From NCBI RefSeq assembly GCF_016026235.1, contig NZ_CP065613.1: 64,000 nucleotides of DNA; one strand, given 5' to 3'. Source of the stretch: Escherichia coli. GTDB lineage: Bacteria; Pseudomonadota; Gammaproteobacteria; Enterobacterales; Enterobacteriaceae. The stretch's first letter is position 1; every line of letters starts with the position of its first letter. The notes below the pieces were generated by a model that had not been told where the DNA came from, ran no database searches, and was given only the letters and a program-made list of their open reading frames with translations. Made by a program: the position numbers and the translations under genes. This document shows, piece after piece, positions 10,774 to 21,785 of the stretch.

Positions 10774-11514
10774 TTATTGTGCTGCAGGTGTTTTAGCGGG
10801 TTGTTGATCCACAGGTTCTAACTGGAAGACCACATCGACCTGATCATCAAACTGAATAGCGGCCTGCTCGTAAGTTTCCTGGGCAGACACCGGCGCGGCA
10901 TCGGCTTTCATCATCCGCACCATTGGGCTGGGCTGATAGTTGGAAACATGGTAGCGCACGCTATATACCGGCCCCAGTTTACGATGAAAGCCGTTCGCCA
11001 GTTCCTGCGCCTGATGAATCGCGTTATCAATCGCTGCCTTACGCGCTTTGTCTTTATAGGCATCCGGCTGCGCCACGCCCAGCGACACAGAACGAATTTC
11101 GTTAAGACCCGCCTTCAGCGCGCCATCCAGCAAGGAATTCAGTTTGTCTAACTGACGGAGCGTGACTTCCACCGTTCTCACAGCGCGGTAGCCTTTCAGG
11201 ATACTTTTACCATCCTGATAATCATAATCTGGCTGGGTGCGTAAATTCGCTGAGCTGATATCTTTTTTCGCGATCTGATTGAGTTCAAGGAAGGAAATGT
11301 ATTGTGCGACGCGCTCATCTGCCTGTTTCTTGGCTGTAGCGGCATCCTTCGCGGCCACGTTAACTTCAATCGCAAGAGTGGCAATGTCTGGCACCGCATC
11401 CACACTTGCCGTACCGGAGGTGACAATATGCGGTCCATCCGGCAATTCGTTAGCCTGCGCTGCCATCCCGCTAATACCCATTAATGCCGCCAGGGCGATA
11501 ACTTTGAACTTCAC
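10774..11514 (-). CDS. yggE: Periplasmic oxidative-stress defence protein (SIMPL/DUF541)
   Basis: 246 aa with signal peptide. Confidence 0.9.
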   Translation of the reverse strand: MKFKVIALAALMGISGMAAQANELPDGPHIVTSGTASVDAVPDIATLAIEVNVAAKDAATAKKQADERVAQYISFLELNQIAKKDISSANLRTQPDYDYQDGKSILKGYRAVRTVEVTLRQLDKLNSLLDGALKAGLNEIRSVSLGVAQPDAYKDKARKAAIDNAIHQAQELANGFHRKLGPVYSVRYHVSNYQPSPMVRMMKADAAPVSAQETYEQAAIQFDDQVDVVFQLEPVDQQPAKTPAAQ

Positions 11515-11606
11515 GTTAGTCTCTCCGTGTTAATTGACTTGCCCAAAACTCAGGACCTCTGGAGGCAAGCTTAGCGCCTCTGTTTTATTTTTCCATCAGA
11601 TAGCGC

Positions 11607-12242
11607 CTAACTGAACAAGGCTTGTGCATGAGCAATACCGTCTCTCGCCAGCTGCAAGGCTATAAACCACATGACACATCCCACTACCAGATTGATAATG
11701 CGCTGTGATTTTGCCGTGCGCAGGCGCGGTGCCAGCCAGGCTGCGAGAATAGCCAGACCAAAGAACCACAGGAAAGAGGCGCTAATTGTCCCGAGCGCAA
11801 ACCAACGTTTTGGTTCGACGTCAAGCTGCCCGCCAAGGCTGCCCAGTACAACAAAAGTATCCAGGTAAACATGCGGATTCAGCCAGGTCACTGCCAACAT
11901 GGTGGCGATAATTTTCCATCTGCCTTGCTTCAGGACTTCGGCACTAGCTAACTCAATATTACTACTCATCGCTGTTTTAAAAGCGCCAAAACCATACCAG
12001 AGCAAGAAGACTACGCCGCCCCAGGTGACCAGCGCCAGCAACCACGGCGACTGCATCAATAACGCGCTACCACCAAAAATCCCCGCGCAAATCAGGACCA
12101 AATCGCTGATAGCGCAAAGTAAGGCAATCATAATGTGGTACTGACGACGAATGCCCTGATTCATCACAAAAGCATTTTGTGGGCCGAGCGGCAGAATCAT
12201 AGCTGCCCCAAGAGCAAGACCTTGAAAGTAATAAGAAAACAC
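11607..12242 (-). CDS. argO: Arginine exporter, LysE family
   Basis: 211-aa polytopic membrane ORF. Confidence 0.9.
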   Translation of the reverse strand: MFSYYFQGLALGAAMILPLGPQNAFVMNQGIRRQYHIMIALLCAISDLVLICAGIFGGSALLMQSPWLLALVTWGGVVFLLWYGFGAFKTAMSSNIELASAEVLKQGRWKIIATMLAVTWLNPHVYLDTFVVLGSLGGQLDVEPKRWFALGTISASFLWFFGLAILAAWLAPRLRTAKSQRIINLVVGCVMWFIALQLARDGIAHAQALFS

Positions 12243-12380
12243 GTTGGATATTCCGAATTAAGTATCTGATGCAGAGACTATATCGCGGGATTGTTATTAG
12301 CGGAAATTGATAATATTAATTGGCAATCAGAATAACTAATAAGAGAGAGGCCAGAGAGTATTATCTGGCCTCAGCGTTGA

Positions 12381-13241
<861 letters not shown>

Positions 13242-13435
13242 TCAATATTCCTTTTCAACTGACTCAAAATGGAGAAATACACTCCGCCGCCTTATGACGG
13301 GCAGTCTGACAAGGGTAAACAATAAAGCATAATTTTGCCAAATAGATCACAGATTTCTCATCTGAATCACCTTGCTTTTGGCGAAAAAATCCCCGCAGAG
13401 CGGGGCTCAGACAGATATCAATGTGCGCTTTGTCA

Positions 13436-13535
13436 TGCCGGATGCGGCGTGAACGCCTTATCCGGCCTACAAAAACCTGCAAATTCAATATATTGCAGGA
13501 TACGTGTAGGCCTGATAAGCGTAGCGCATCAGGCA
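13436..13535. repeat. BIME: two inverted REP elements with a central palindrome
   Basis: GCCGGATGCGGCGTGAACGCCTTATCCGGCCTAC ... GTAGGCCTGATAAGCGTAGCGCATCAGGC. Confidence 0.85.
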
Positions 13536-13548
13536 ATTTTGCTTTTGG

Positions 13549-13576
13549 CGAAAAAAAGACCCGCAGAGCGGGCCTT
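13549..13576 (-). terminator. Intrinsic terminator of fbaA
   Basis: GC hairpin (CCCGCAGAGCGGG) followed by a T7 run on the minus strand, directly 3' of the fbaA stop. Confidence 0.6.
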
Positions 13577-13598
13577 GAGATAAGCAGAAAGGAATATC

Positions 13599-14678
13599 TT
13601 ACAGAACGTCGATCGCGTTCAGTTCCTGGAATGCTTTTTCCAGACGAGCGATCATCGAAGTCTGACCGGCACGCAGCCATACGCGCGGATCGTAGTATTT
13701 CTTGTTCGGCTGATCTTCGCCTTTCGGGTTACCCAGCTGACCCTGCAGATAAGCTTCGTTCGCTTTGTAGTAGTTCAGAACGCCTTCCCAGGTTGCCCAT
13801 TGGGTATCGGTATCGATGTTCATTTTTACTACGCCGTAGCTTACGGAGTCTTTGATTTCCTGAGCAGTAGAACCGGAACCACCGTGGAATACGAAGTTCA
13901 GGCTGTTGTGCGGCAGGTTGTGTTTCTTGGAAACATATTCCTGAGAATCACGCAGGATGGTCGGAGTCAGAACCACGTTACCCGGCTTGTAAACACCGTG
14001 TACGTTACCGAAGGACGCTGCGATGGTGAAACGCGGGCTGATTTTGCTCAGTTCGGTGTATGCGTAATCAACGTCTTCCGGCTGGGTGTACAGTGCAGAA
14101 GCGTCCATGTGGCTGTTGTCCACGCCGTCTTCTTCACCACCGGTGCAACCCAGTTCGATTTCCAGAGTCATGCCGATTTTGGACATACGCTCCAGGTATT
14201 TAGAGCAGATTTCGATGTTCTCTTGCAGAGATTCTTCAGACAGGTCGATCATGTGAGAAGAGAACAGCGGCTTACCGGTAGCTGCGAAGTGTTTTTCACC
14301 CGCGTCCAGCAGACCGTCGATCCACGGCAGCAGTTTCTTCGCGCAGTGGTCAGTGTGCAGGATAACCGGAACACCATAATGTTCAGCCATCTGGTGAACG
14401 TGATGCGCACCAGAGATCGCGCCCAGGATAGCAGCACCCTGCGGAACGTCAGATTTCACGCCTTTACCAGCGATAAAGGAAGCACCACCGTTGGAGAACT
14501 GAACGATAACCGGCGCTTTAACTTTAGCAGCAGTTTCCAGTACGGCGTTGATGGAGTCAGTACCGACGCAGTTTACTGCTGGCAGTGCGAAGTTGTTTTC
14601 TTTTGCTACCTGGAAAACTTTCTGTACGTCATCACCAGTGATTACGCCAGGTTTTACGAAATCAAAAATCTTAGACAT
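13599..14678 (-). CDS. fbaA: Fructose-bisphosphate aldolase class II
   Basis: ORF trimmed to MSKIFDFVKPG...; 359 aa. Confidence 0.97.
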   Translation of the reverse strand: MSKIFDFVKPGVITGDDVQKVFQVAKENNFALPAVNCVGTDSINAVLETAAKVKAPVIVQFSNGGASFIAGKGVKSDVPQGAAILGAISGAHHVHQMAEHYGVPVILHTDHCAKKLLPWIDGLLDAGEKHFAATGKPLFSSHMIDLSEESLQENIEICSKYLERMSKIGMTLEIELGCTGGEEDGVDNSHMDASALYTQPEDVDYAYTELSKISPRFTIAASFGNVHGVYKPGNVVLTPTILRDSQEYVSKKHNLPHNSLNFVFHGGSGSTAQEIKDSVSYGVVKMNIDTDTQWATWEGVLNYYKANEAYLQGQLGNPKGEDQPNKKYYDPRVWLRAGQTSMIARLEKAFQELNAIDVL

Positions 14679-14892
14679 GTCTCTTGTCCTGTATCGTCGG
14701 GCCTTATACTCATCATACTTCAAGTTGCATGTGCTGCGTCTGCGTTCGCTCACCCCAGTCACTTACTTATGTAAGCTCCTGGGGATTCACTCTCTTGTCG
14801 CCTTCCTGCAACTCGAATTATTTAGAGTATGAAAAAATGCGTGCTCTGAAAGCGCGCTGAAACAAGGGCAGGTTTCCCTGCCCTGTGATTTT

Positions 14893-16056
14893 TTACTTCT
14901 TAGCGCGCTCTTCGAGCATCGCTACTGCAGGCAGTACTTTACCTTCCACGAATTCGAGGAATGCGCCGCCGCCAGTGGAGATGTAGGAGATTTTGTCAGC
15001 AATGCCGAACAGGTCGATTGCTGCCAGAGTGTCGCCGCCGCCAGCGATGGAGAACGCTTCGCTGTCTGCGATAGCGTTAGCCACGATTTCAGTACCTTTG
15101 CGGAAGTTCGGGAATTCGAACACGCCAACCGGACCGTTCCACAGAATGGTTTTCGCATTCTTCAGGATTTCAGCCAGTTCCTGAGCGGAAGCATCACCGA
15201 TATCCAGGATCTGCTCGTCAGCTTTCACATCGTTAACAGATTTCAGGGTAGCCGGTGCAGTTTCAGAGAACTCGGTTGCTACGCGAACATCAGACGGAAC
15301 CGGGATGTTGCAGGTGGTCAGCAGACGTTTAGCTTCGTCAACCAGGTCAGCTTCGTACAGGGATTTACCCACATCGTGGCCTTGTGCCGCGATAAAGGTG
15401 TTAGCGATACCACCACCAACAATCAGCTGGTCAGCGATTTTAGACAGGGAGTCCAAAACGGTCAGTTTGGTAGATACTTTAGAACCACCAACGATAGCCA
15501 CCATCGGGCGAGCAGGTTCTTTCAGTGCTTTACCCAGCGCGTCCAGTTCAGCTGCCAGCAGCGGGCCTGCGCACGCAACATCAGCGAATTTACCGATACC
15601 GTGAGTAGAAGCCTGCGCGCGGTGAGCAGTACCGAATGCGTCCATTACGAACACGTCACACAGTGCAGCGTATTTTTTGGACAGGGTTTCGTCGTCTTTC
15701 TTCTCGCCTTTGTTGAAGCGAACGTTTTCCAGAACAACCAGTTCACCTTCAGCAACGTCAACGCCGTCGAGGTAATCTTTAACCAGACGAACCGGGTTAG
15801 ACAGTTTGTCTTTCAGGTAGTTAACAACCGGCAGCAGAGAGAATTCTTCGTTGTACTCGCCTTCGGTAGGACGACCCAGGTGGGAAGTTACCATCACTTT
15901 TGCGCCTTGTTTCAGGGCCAGTTCGATGGTCGGCAGAGAAGCACGGATACGCGCGTCGCTGGTTACTTTCCCGTCTTTTACTGGTACGTTCAGATCCGCA
16001 CGGATAAATACACGTTTCCCAGCAAGATCCAGATCGGTCATCTTAATTACAGACAT
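14893..16056 (-). CDS. pgk: Phosphoglycerate kinase
   Basis: ORF trimmed to [11 protein letters not shown]...; 387 aa. Confidence 0.97.
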
Positions 16057-16105
16057 GGTGAATCCTCTCGTTGATTCTAAAAGTTTTGCAGACGCTGCTT
16101 GCGTC

Positions 16106-17125
16106 TTACCTGAAAGCAACAGTAGCCATAGCTAACGTCGTGTCGAGCATTCGGTTAGCAAAGCCCCATTCGTTATCGCACCAGACCAACGTTTTGATCA
16201 GGTGTGCGCCACTGACCCGGGTTTGGGTGCCATCGACAATGGCACTGTGCGGATCGTGGTTAAAATCTACAGAGACCAACGGCAATTCCGTATAGTCAAC
16301 TATACCATGAAATGCACCTTGTGCTGCTTTTTGCAGCAACAGGTTGACTTCATTGGCTTTTACAGGTTTCTTCACCGTCACGCTTAAATCGATTGCCGTC
16401 ACATTTATGGTTGGCACACGTACCGCAATCGCTTCAAAGCGATCGTTAAATTGCGGAAAAAATCGTGTGATACCGGCGGCCAGTTTAGTATCGACCGGAA
16501 TGATCGACTGGCTGGCTGCCCGAGTGCGACGCAGGTCAGGATGGTATGCATCAATAACCTGTTGATCGTGCATGGCGGAGTGAATTGTGGTCACTGTGCC
16601 GGACTCAATACCGTACGCATCATCTAACAATTTGATGACGGGAATTATGCAATTCGTGGTACAGGAAGCGTTAGAAACGATGCGGTGTTCCGCACGAAGT
16701 TGATCCTGATTGACGCCGTAAACAACGGTCGCGTCGAGATCGTTACTGCCAGGATGTGAAAAGAGCACTTTTTTGGCCCCAGCGGCAATATGCGCTTCGC
16801 CATGCTCGCGGGAGCCATATACGCCGGTGCAGTCGAGGACTACATCAACGCCAAGTTCACGCCAGGGGAGCGATTGCAGTGAACGTTCATGCAATACGCG
16901 GATGGCGTCATCACCAACAAAAAGTTGATCGCGTTCCTGTCGTACTTCCCATGCAAAACGGCCATGGCTGGTGTCATATTTCAACAAATGCGCCATGCCC
17001 GCAGCATCCGCCAGTTCGTTGATTGCCACCACGGTAATTTCCGCCCGGCGTCCGGATTCATACAAAGCACGAACCACATTACGCCCGATGCGACCGAAGC
17101 CATTTATCGCTACGCGTACGGTCAT
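16106..17125 (-). CDS. epd: D-erythrose-4-phosphate dehydrogenase
   Basis: ORF trimmed to [15 protein letters not shown]...; 339 aa. Confidence 0.95.
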
Positions 17126-17496
17126 AGATCTCCTGCAAGGTTTTCCCTGAGCAAATTTGCCAGACAGAGTAATCCAGCAAATCGTCCGGGGAAACCTTAC
17201 CTGTCGCAAACTGCGACTGATTGGTTAATTGTCGAACATTTAATCGACTGAAACGCTTCAGCTAGGATAAGCGAAACGTGGAATAAAAGGAATGATTGTC
17301 CAGTCAAAGAAAGCAATTATCTGACTTACGTCACGTTTTCAGCCCCGCCCCTGTGGAATTTATTCCACTTTGCAGAATCACGAATAAGCGTAGCAAAATC
17401 TTTTCGTTGTGCCGTCACAAACCCTGACTTATATCAGAATATGACTGATGCAGCGTCGATATTATCCGCAATACGTCCGAGTTTCGGAGTACTCCA

Positions 17497-17928
17497 ATGA
17501 TGACATTGCCCTACCCATATTCTTCCTCCGCACGCTTTTACGCACTGCGCCTCCTCCCTGGGCAGGAAGTTTTTTCCCAGCTACACGCTTTTGCACAGCA
17601 GCATCAACTTCATGCCGCCTGGATTGCAGGCTGTACCGGTAGCCTGACTGACGTCGCCTTGCGCTATGCCGGGCAAGAAGGCACCACGCTCCTGAACGGT
17701 ACATTCGAAGTGATCTCACTAAACGGCACGCTGGAACAGAGTGGTGAGCATCTTCATCTCTGCGTTTCCGATCCACACGGCACGATGCTTGGCGGTCATA
17801 TGATGCCCGGCTGTACCGTGCGGACCACGCTTGAACTGGTGATCGGTAGCCTTGAGGAACTGGCGTTTAGCCGCCAACCTTGCGCGCTTTCTGGTTACGA
17901 CGAGTTGCATATTTCCCCCGTTAAATAA
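17497..17928 (+). CDS. DUF296 / PCC-domain-like protein (about 143 aa), first gene of the accessory cluster
   Basis: Resembles PCC-domain proteins by my recognition; no HMM was run; GGAG 9 nt upstream of ATG. Confidence 0.6.
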   Translation: MMTLPYPYSSSARFYALRLLPGQEVFSQLHAFAQQHQLHAAWIAGCTGSLTDVALRYAGQEGTTLLNGTFEVISLNGTLEQSGEHLHLCVSDPHGTMLGGHMMPGCTVRTTLELVIGSLEELAFSRQPCALSGYDELHISPVK

Positions 17929-17950
17929 CTACTTTCAAAGAGGTTTTCTT

Positions 17951-18529
17951 ATGGCGCGTAGCCACTTTTCCAGTCAGGCACTGGTGTTGATCGTTATATC
18001 TATCGCCATCAATATGATCGGCGGGCAACTGGCCAGCATGGTCAAATTACCTATATTTCTCGACTCCATCGGCACACTTATTAGCGCGGTACTGCTTGGT
18101 CCGGTGATCGGAATGCTGACCGGCTTACTGACCAATTTACTCTGGGGATTGCTGACCGACCCGATCGCCGCCGCATTTGCACCCGTCGCGATGGTCATCG
18201 GCCTGGTCGCCGGTTGGCTGGCGCGAGCGGGTTGGTTTCGCACCCTGCCAAAAGTCGTTGTCAGCGGCGTGATTATTACGCTTGCGGTAACGGTCGTCGC
18301 TGTACCGCTGCGTACTGCGCTGTTCGGCGGTGTCACCGGTAGCGGAGCCGATTTGTTCGTTGCCTGGATGCACTCGATGGGGCAAAACCTGGTGGAGTCG
18401 GTGGCGATTACGGTGATAGGCGCGAACCTGGTCGATAAAATTCTTACAGCGGTGATTGTCTGGCTTTTACTGCGCCAGCTGCCGATTCGCACCACGCGCC
18501 ATTTTCCGGCAATGGCTGCCGTGCGCTAA
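17951..18529 (+). CDS. Small polytopic membrane protein, putative ECF-transporter substrate-capture (S) component
   Basis: ORF trimmed to ATG 17951 (AAGAGG RBS at 17936..17941); about 192 aa, very hydrophobic; sits immediately before the T component. Confidence 0.55.
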   Translation: MARSHFSSQALVLIVISIAINMIGGQLASMVKLPIFLDSIGTLISAVLLGPVIGMLTGLLTNLLWGLLTDPIAAAFAPVAMVIGLVAGWLARAGWFRTLPKVVVSGVIITLAVTVVAVPLRTALFGGVTGSGADLFVAWMHSMGQNLVESVAITVIGANLVDKILTAVIVWLLLRQLPIRTTRHFPAMAAVR

Positions 18530-19237
18530 ATGCATCCATTTACCTCATTAACACTGTGGGCATTGGCGGCCTGCACCACGCTTATCCTGCCCGCGCAGAC
18601 CATTTTGCCGATCTATAGCGCGGCGACCTTTTTCTGCCTTATTGCGCTAAAGGCCACGCGGCGGCGGGCAAAATATGTCGTCTGGCTGATGTTCTCGCTG
18701 GGAGCCGGGCTGTGGCTGGTACACGGTGGCTGGCTACCAGAATGGCTAAGCGGCACGCCACGCTCGCCAGAACGGTGGTCGCATGCTATTACGCTCTGGT
18801 TGCGGATTCTGGCGATTGTTTCAACCTCACAGTTGTGGATGCAGTACGTCCCCGTGCAATGTTTTATTCGCGCTCTGTTTGCTTCTCGCCTGCCGCCAGG
18901 CGTCGCTTATCTGTTTGCCGGGCCGTTATTGGTCGTTGAGCAGTTAAAACGGCAATTAGCGATTATTCATGAAGCGCAGCGTGCCCGCGGCGTGTCGCTG
19001 GATGAGGGCTGGTATCAGCGTTTACGTGCGATGCCCGCGTTAATTATTCCGCTAACACACAATGCGCTTAACGATCTGGCTGTCCGTGGTGCGGCGCTGG
19101 ATATGCGGGCATTTCGGATCCACAACCGACGAACAACGTTGTGGGCACCAGCCGATAGCACCCTACAACGCGTAGCGCGTTACACCATGATCTTGCTGAT
19201 GCTGACAGAATTCGGAGCGTGGATATGGTTACGTTAG
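18530..19237 (+). CDS. ECF-transporter transmembrane (T) component, CbiQ/EcfT-like
   Basis: 235 aa; Ala-Arg-Gly coupling motif in QRARGVS; start abuts the previous stop. Confidence 0.7.
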   Translation: MHPFTSLTLWALAACTTLILPAQTILPIYSAATFFCLIALKATRRRAKYVVWLMFSLGAGLWLVHGGWLPEWLSGTPRSPERWSHAITLWLRILAIVSTSQLWMQYVPVQCFIRALFASRLPPGVAYLFAGPLLVVEQLKRQLAIIHEAQRARGVSLDEGWYQRLRAMPALIIPLTHNALNDLAVRGAALDMRAFRIHNRRTTLWAPADSTLQRVARYTMILLMLTEFGAWIWLR

Positions 19238-19902
19238 AACAGTTCCGTTATTGCCCGACACACTCAACGCATCCTCCGTTCTGTTATGACTTTCACTATG
19301 TCAAACCGGGGATGGTCGCCATCTTTGGTGACAACGGCAGTGGCAAAAGTACGCTGGCACAGCTGATGGCGGGCTGGTATCCGGACTTTCTGCCAGGAGA
19401 GATAACAGGCACGGGGACGCTCCTCGGTACGCCCATTGGGCATCTCCCGCTTAATGAACAATCCGCCACCATCCAGCTCGTCCAGCAATCGCCCTATTTG
19501 CAGCTCTCCGGCTGTACCTTTAGCGTGGAAGAAGAAGTTGCCTTTGGGCCAGAAAATCTGTGTCTTGCTGAAGCAGAGATTATGGCGCGGATTGATGCCG
19601 CCCTGACTCTGACCGAGTGCCAGCCGTTGCGCCATCGTCACCTGGCAACACTCTCCGGTGGAGAGACACAGCGCGTGGTCATCGCCTGCGCCATCGCGAT
19701 GCAGCCAAAGCTCTTAATTCTTGATGAAGCCTTTAGCCGCCTGACTCCGCAGGCCAGCGAAATGCTGTTGCAGCGCTTACAACACTGGGCGTTTGAACGT
19801 GGTTCGCTGATTATTCTTTTTGAACGTCATCGCACACCTTTCCTGAACTACTGCCAGCAAGCGTGGCAATTGCAAAACGGAGCGCTCCAGCCACTATGTT
19901 AA
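19219..19902 (+). CDS. ABC ATPase (ECF A component) with canonical motifs
   Basis: Walker A GDNGSGKST, signature LSGGETQR, Walker B LLILDEA. Confidence 0.8.
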   Translation: MDMVTLEQFRYCPTHSTHPPFCYDFHYVKPGMVAIFGDNGSGKSTLAQLMAGWYPDFLPGEITGTGTLLGTPIGHLPLNEQSATIQLVQQSPYLQLSGCTFSVEEEVAFGPENLCLAEAEIMARIDAALTLTECQPLRHRHLATLSGGETQRVVIACAIAMQPKLLILDEAFSRLTPQASEMLLQRLQHWAFERGSLIILFERHRTPFLNYCQQAWQLQNGALQPLC

Positions 19903-20573
19903 CGTTAAATAAGATATCTTATCGCTGGCCTGGCGCGGCAACGGATTGTCTTTGCGACATTTCTCTGCAACTCAAACAAGGTGAATGGTTGGCGCTGACC
20001 GGCGACAATGGCGCGGGAAAATCGACGCTGTTACGAGTAATGGCAGGTCTTCTTACGCCCACAGCCGGTACGGTTATGCTGCAACAACAGGCGATGAAAA
20101 ACCTGAAAAACCGCCAGCGCGCGGCAAAGGTTGGCGTACTGTTTCAGGAAGCGGAAAACCAACTTTTTCACAGCACCGTCGCTGACGAGATCGCATTTGG
20201 TTTGAAACTGCAAAAATGCCCGGCGGATGAAATCACTCAACGTACCCATGCTGCCCTGCAATGTTGTCAGTTAGCAGACACTGCCAACTCGCACCCGTTG
20301 GATCTGCATAGTGCGCAGCGACGGATGGTCGCCGTCGCCTGCCTGGAAGCACTCTCTCCGCCACTATTACTGCTGGACGAGCCGAGTCGGGATTTTGACG
20401 AAAATTGGTTGAGCGTGTTTGAAAGCTGGCTGGAGAAGTGCCGCCAGCGAGGCACGAACGTGGTAGCAATCAGTCATGACGCCGCATTTACCCGGCGTCA
20501 TTTCTCTCGTGTGGTGCGACTGGAAGATGGTGTAATCAGGAACGTTAATCCACCAGACGATATTCACCCGTAG
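19896..20573 (+). CDS. ABC ATPase (ECF A' component) with degenerate signature motif
   Basis: Walker A GDNGAGKST, Walker B LLLLDEPS, H-loop SHD, but LHSAQRR in place of LSGGQ; ATG overlaps the previous stop (ATGTTAA). Confidence 0.75.
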   Translation: MLTLNKISYRWPGAATDCLCDISLQLKQGEWLALTGDNGAGKSTLLRVMAGLLTPTAGTVMLQQQAMKNLKNRQRAAKVGVLFQEAENQLFHSTVADEIAFGLKLQKCPADEITQRTHAALQCCQLADTANSHPLDLHSAQRRMVAVACLEALSPPLLLLDEPSRDFDENWLSVFESWLEKCRQRGTNVVAISHDAAFTRRHFSRVVRLEDGVIRNVNPPDDIHP

Positions 20574-21258
20574 CGGTCATCATTAAGGTCAAATTTGCAG
20601 GCAGACTCTCTTCCAGCACCCGGCGAACATTCGGCCCGTCGGTACGGTCATAAAAGGCTTCTGCATCTGCCAGCGATACCCCTCCCGCCAGCTTGCGCCC
20701 CACCAGACGCTCCCGCAACGCAGTAGCTGGCGCGTTGATAAAGATCGAGAAATCACAAAATTGCGCAAGCTGGCACCACTTCTCGTCGTCCAGCAACAAC
20801 CAGTTTCCTTCGACGATGACGAGTGGTGCGGTAACGTGCAACGCATCTTCAACAGGATCATGCTTTTGTCGATCGTACTGCGGCCACGTACAATCCCCTT
20901 CCACCACCTGGCGCAGATTTTCCGCCAGTTTCGCAACGTCAAATGTCTCTGGTGCGCCTTTGAAGGGGCGCAATTGATGCGCGTCCAGCCAGCTATTGTA
21001 ATGGTGAAAACCATCCATCGGGAGCGTCTGAATAGCGGGTAGTTCCGGGTCTTGTTGCGCGAGATATTCCCAGAAGGTGGTTAGGGTAGATTTACCCGTC
21101 CCCGGCGGAGCGCAAAGAAAAACTACCGTACGCCGCTGTGGATTTACCGTCTGTAAGGCCGCCAACATGCGCAGCAACGGTTTATGTACATTTTCTATTT
21201 CATCATCAGAGTACTGAGCCTGTACCTTTAGTCCATTCACCGTCAGTTCGATTTTCAC
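20545..21258 (-). CDS. yggC: P-loop kinase-like protein
   Basis: 237 aa, Walker A GTGKST. Confidence 0.9.
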   Translation of the reverse strand: MKIELTVNGLKVQAQYSDDEIENVHKPLLRMLAALQTVNPQRRTVVFLCAPPGTGKSTLTTFWEYLAQQDPELPAIQTLPMDGFHHYNSWLDAHQLRPFKGAPETFDVAKLAENLRQVVEGDCTWPQYDRQKHDPVEDALHVTAPLVIVEGNWLLLDDEKWCQLAQFCDFSIFINAPATALRERLVGRKLAGGVSLADAEAFYDRTDGPNVRRVLEESLPANLTLMMTATGEYRLVD

Positions 21259-21764
21259 GGCGTTAATTCCTTTAAGGTGGTCGTTACTGCCAGCGTCAGC
21301 GCCGTTTTGACCATTCCGCTAAAACGCGCCTCTGACCAGACGGCGAAATCGGCGAACTTCATCGCTTTCAACGCGTCATAGAGCGTCGCATTGCGGGTTA
21401 TGCTATTGACGTTGCTGATAAAATCCCAGGTCATGTCATCGGCAAATCCGGGCATTTCATCCTGTTCGTTCAGGTAATGCCAGAACTGGGAAAAATGCGT
21501 GATATCGGCGTACAGCCATTTATCCATTTTCCCCAGCGCATAAATCAAACGCAGCGCAACATCAATATCGTCAAGCGGGCCGCTTTGGGCGAGTAACGGC
21601 TTCACTGCATATTCGACGATCTCTTCATCGTTATCGACAAAGAGCGACGGCAGAAACTGGCGTATCCCCTGGAGCAAAATAGAATGCGCAGTTTTCATAA
21701 ATGAAAATAAATTGTCCTGTGCATCCAGTTGCTCAAGCACATCATCTTCTGTCAGCGTCGCCAT
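21255..21764 (-). CDS. yggD: MtlR-like transcriptional regulator
   Basis: 169 aa, recognised sequence. Confidence 0.9.
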   Translation of the reverse strand: MATLTEDDVLEQLDAQDNLFSFMKTAHSILLQGIRQFLPSLFVDNDEEIVEYAVKPLLAQSGPLDDIDVALRLIYALGKMDKWLYADITHFSQFWHYLNEQDEMPGFADDMTWDFISNVNSITRNATLYDALKAMKFADFAVWSEARFSGMVKTALTLAVTTTLKELTP

Positions 21765-21785
21765 TGGTCTTCCGATAGATCACCA

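Noticed and set aside
13800-16074. Long antisense ORFs opposite fbaA (13800..14774, 324 aa) and pgk (15376..16074, 232 aa); similar ones sit opposite speB, ansB and rpiA
   Set aside because: Same reasoning: highly expressed glycolytic genes with strong codon bias give open reverse frames; no RBS or start context and no protein-like composition.
17126-17496. Riboswitch upstream of the ECF cluster (TPP, cobalamin or similar)
   Set aside because: No conserved riboswitch core was recognisable by eye. It cannot be excluded without a covariance-model scan, so it is left as a proposed check under the cluster finding.
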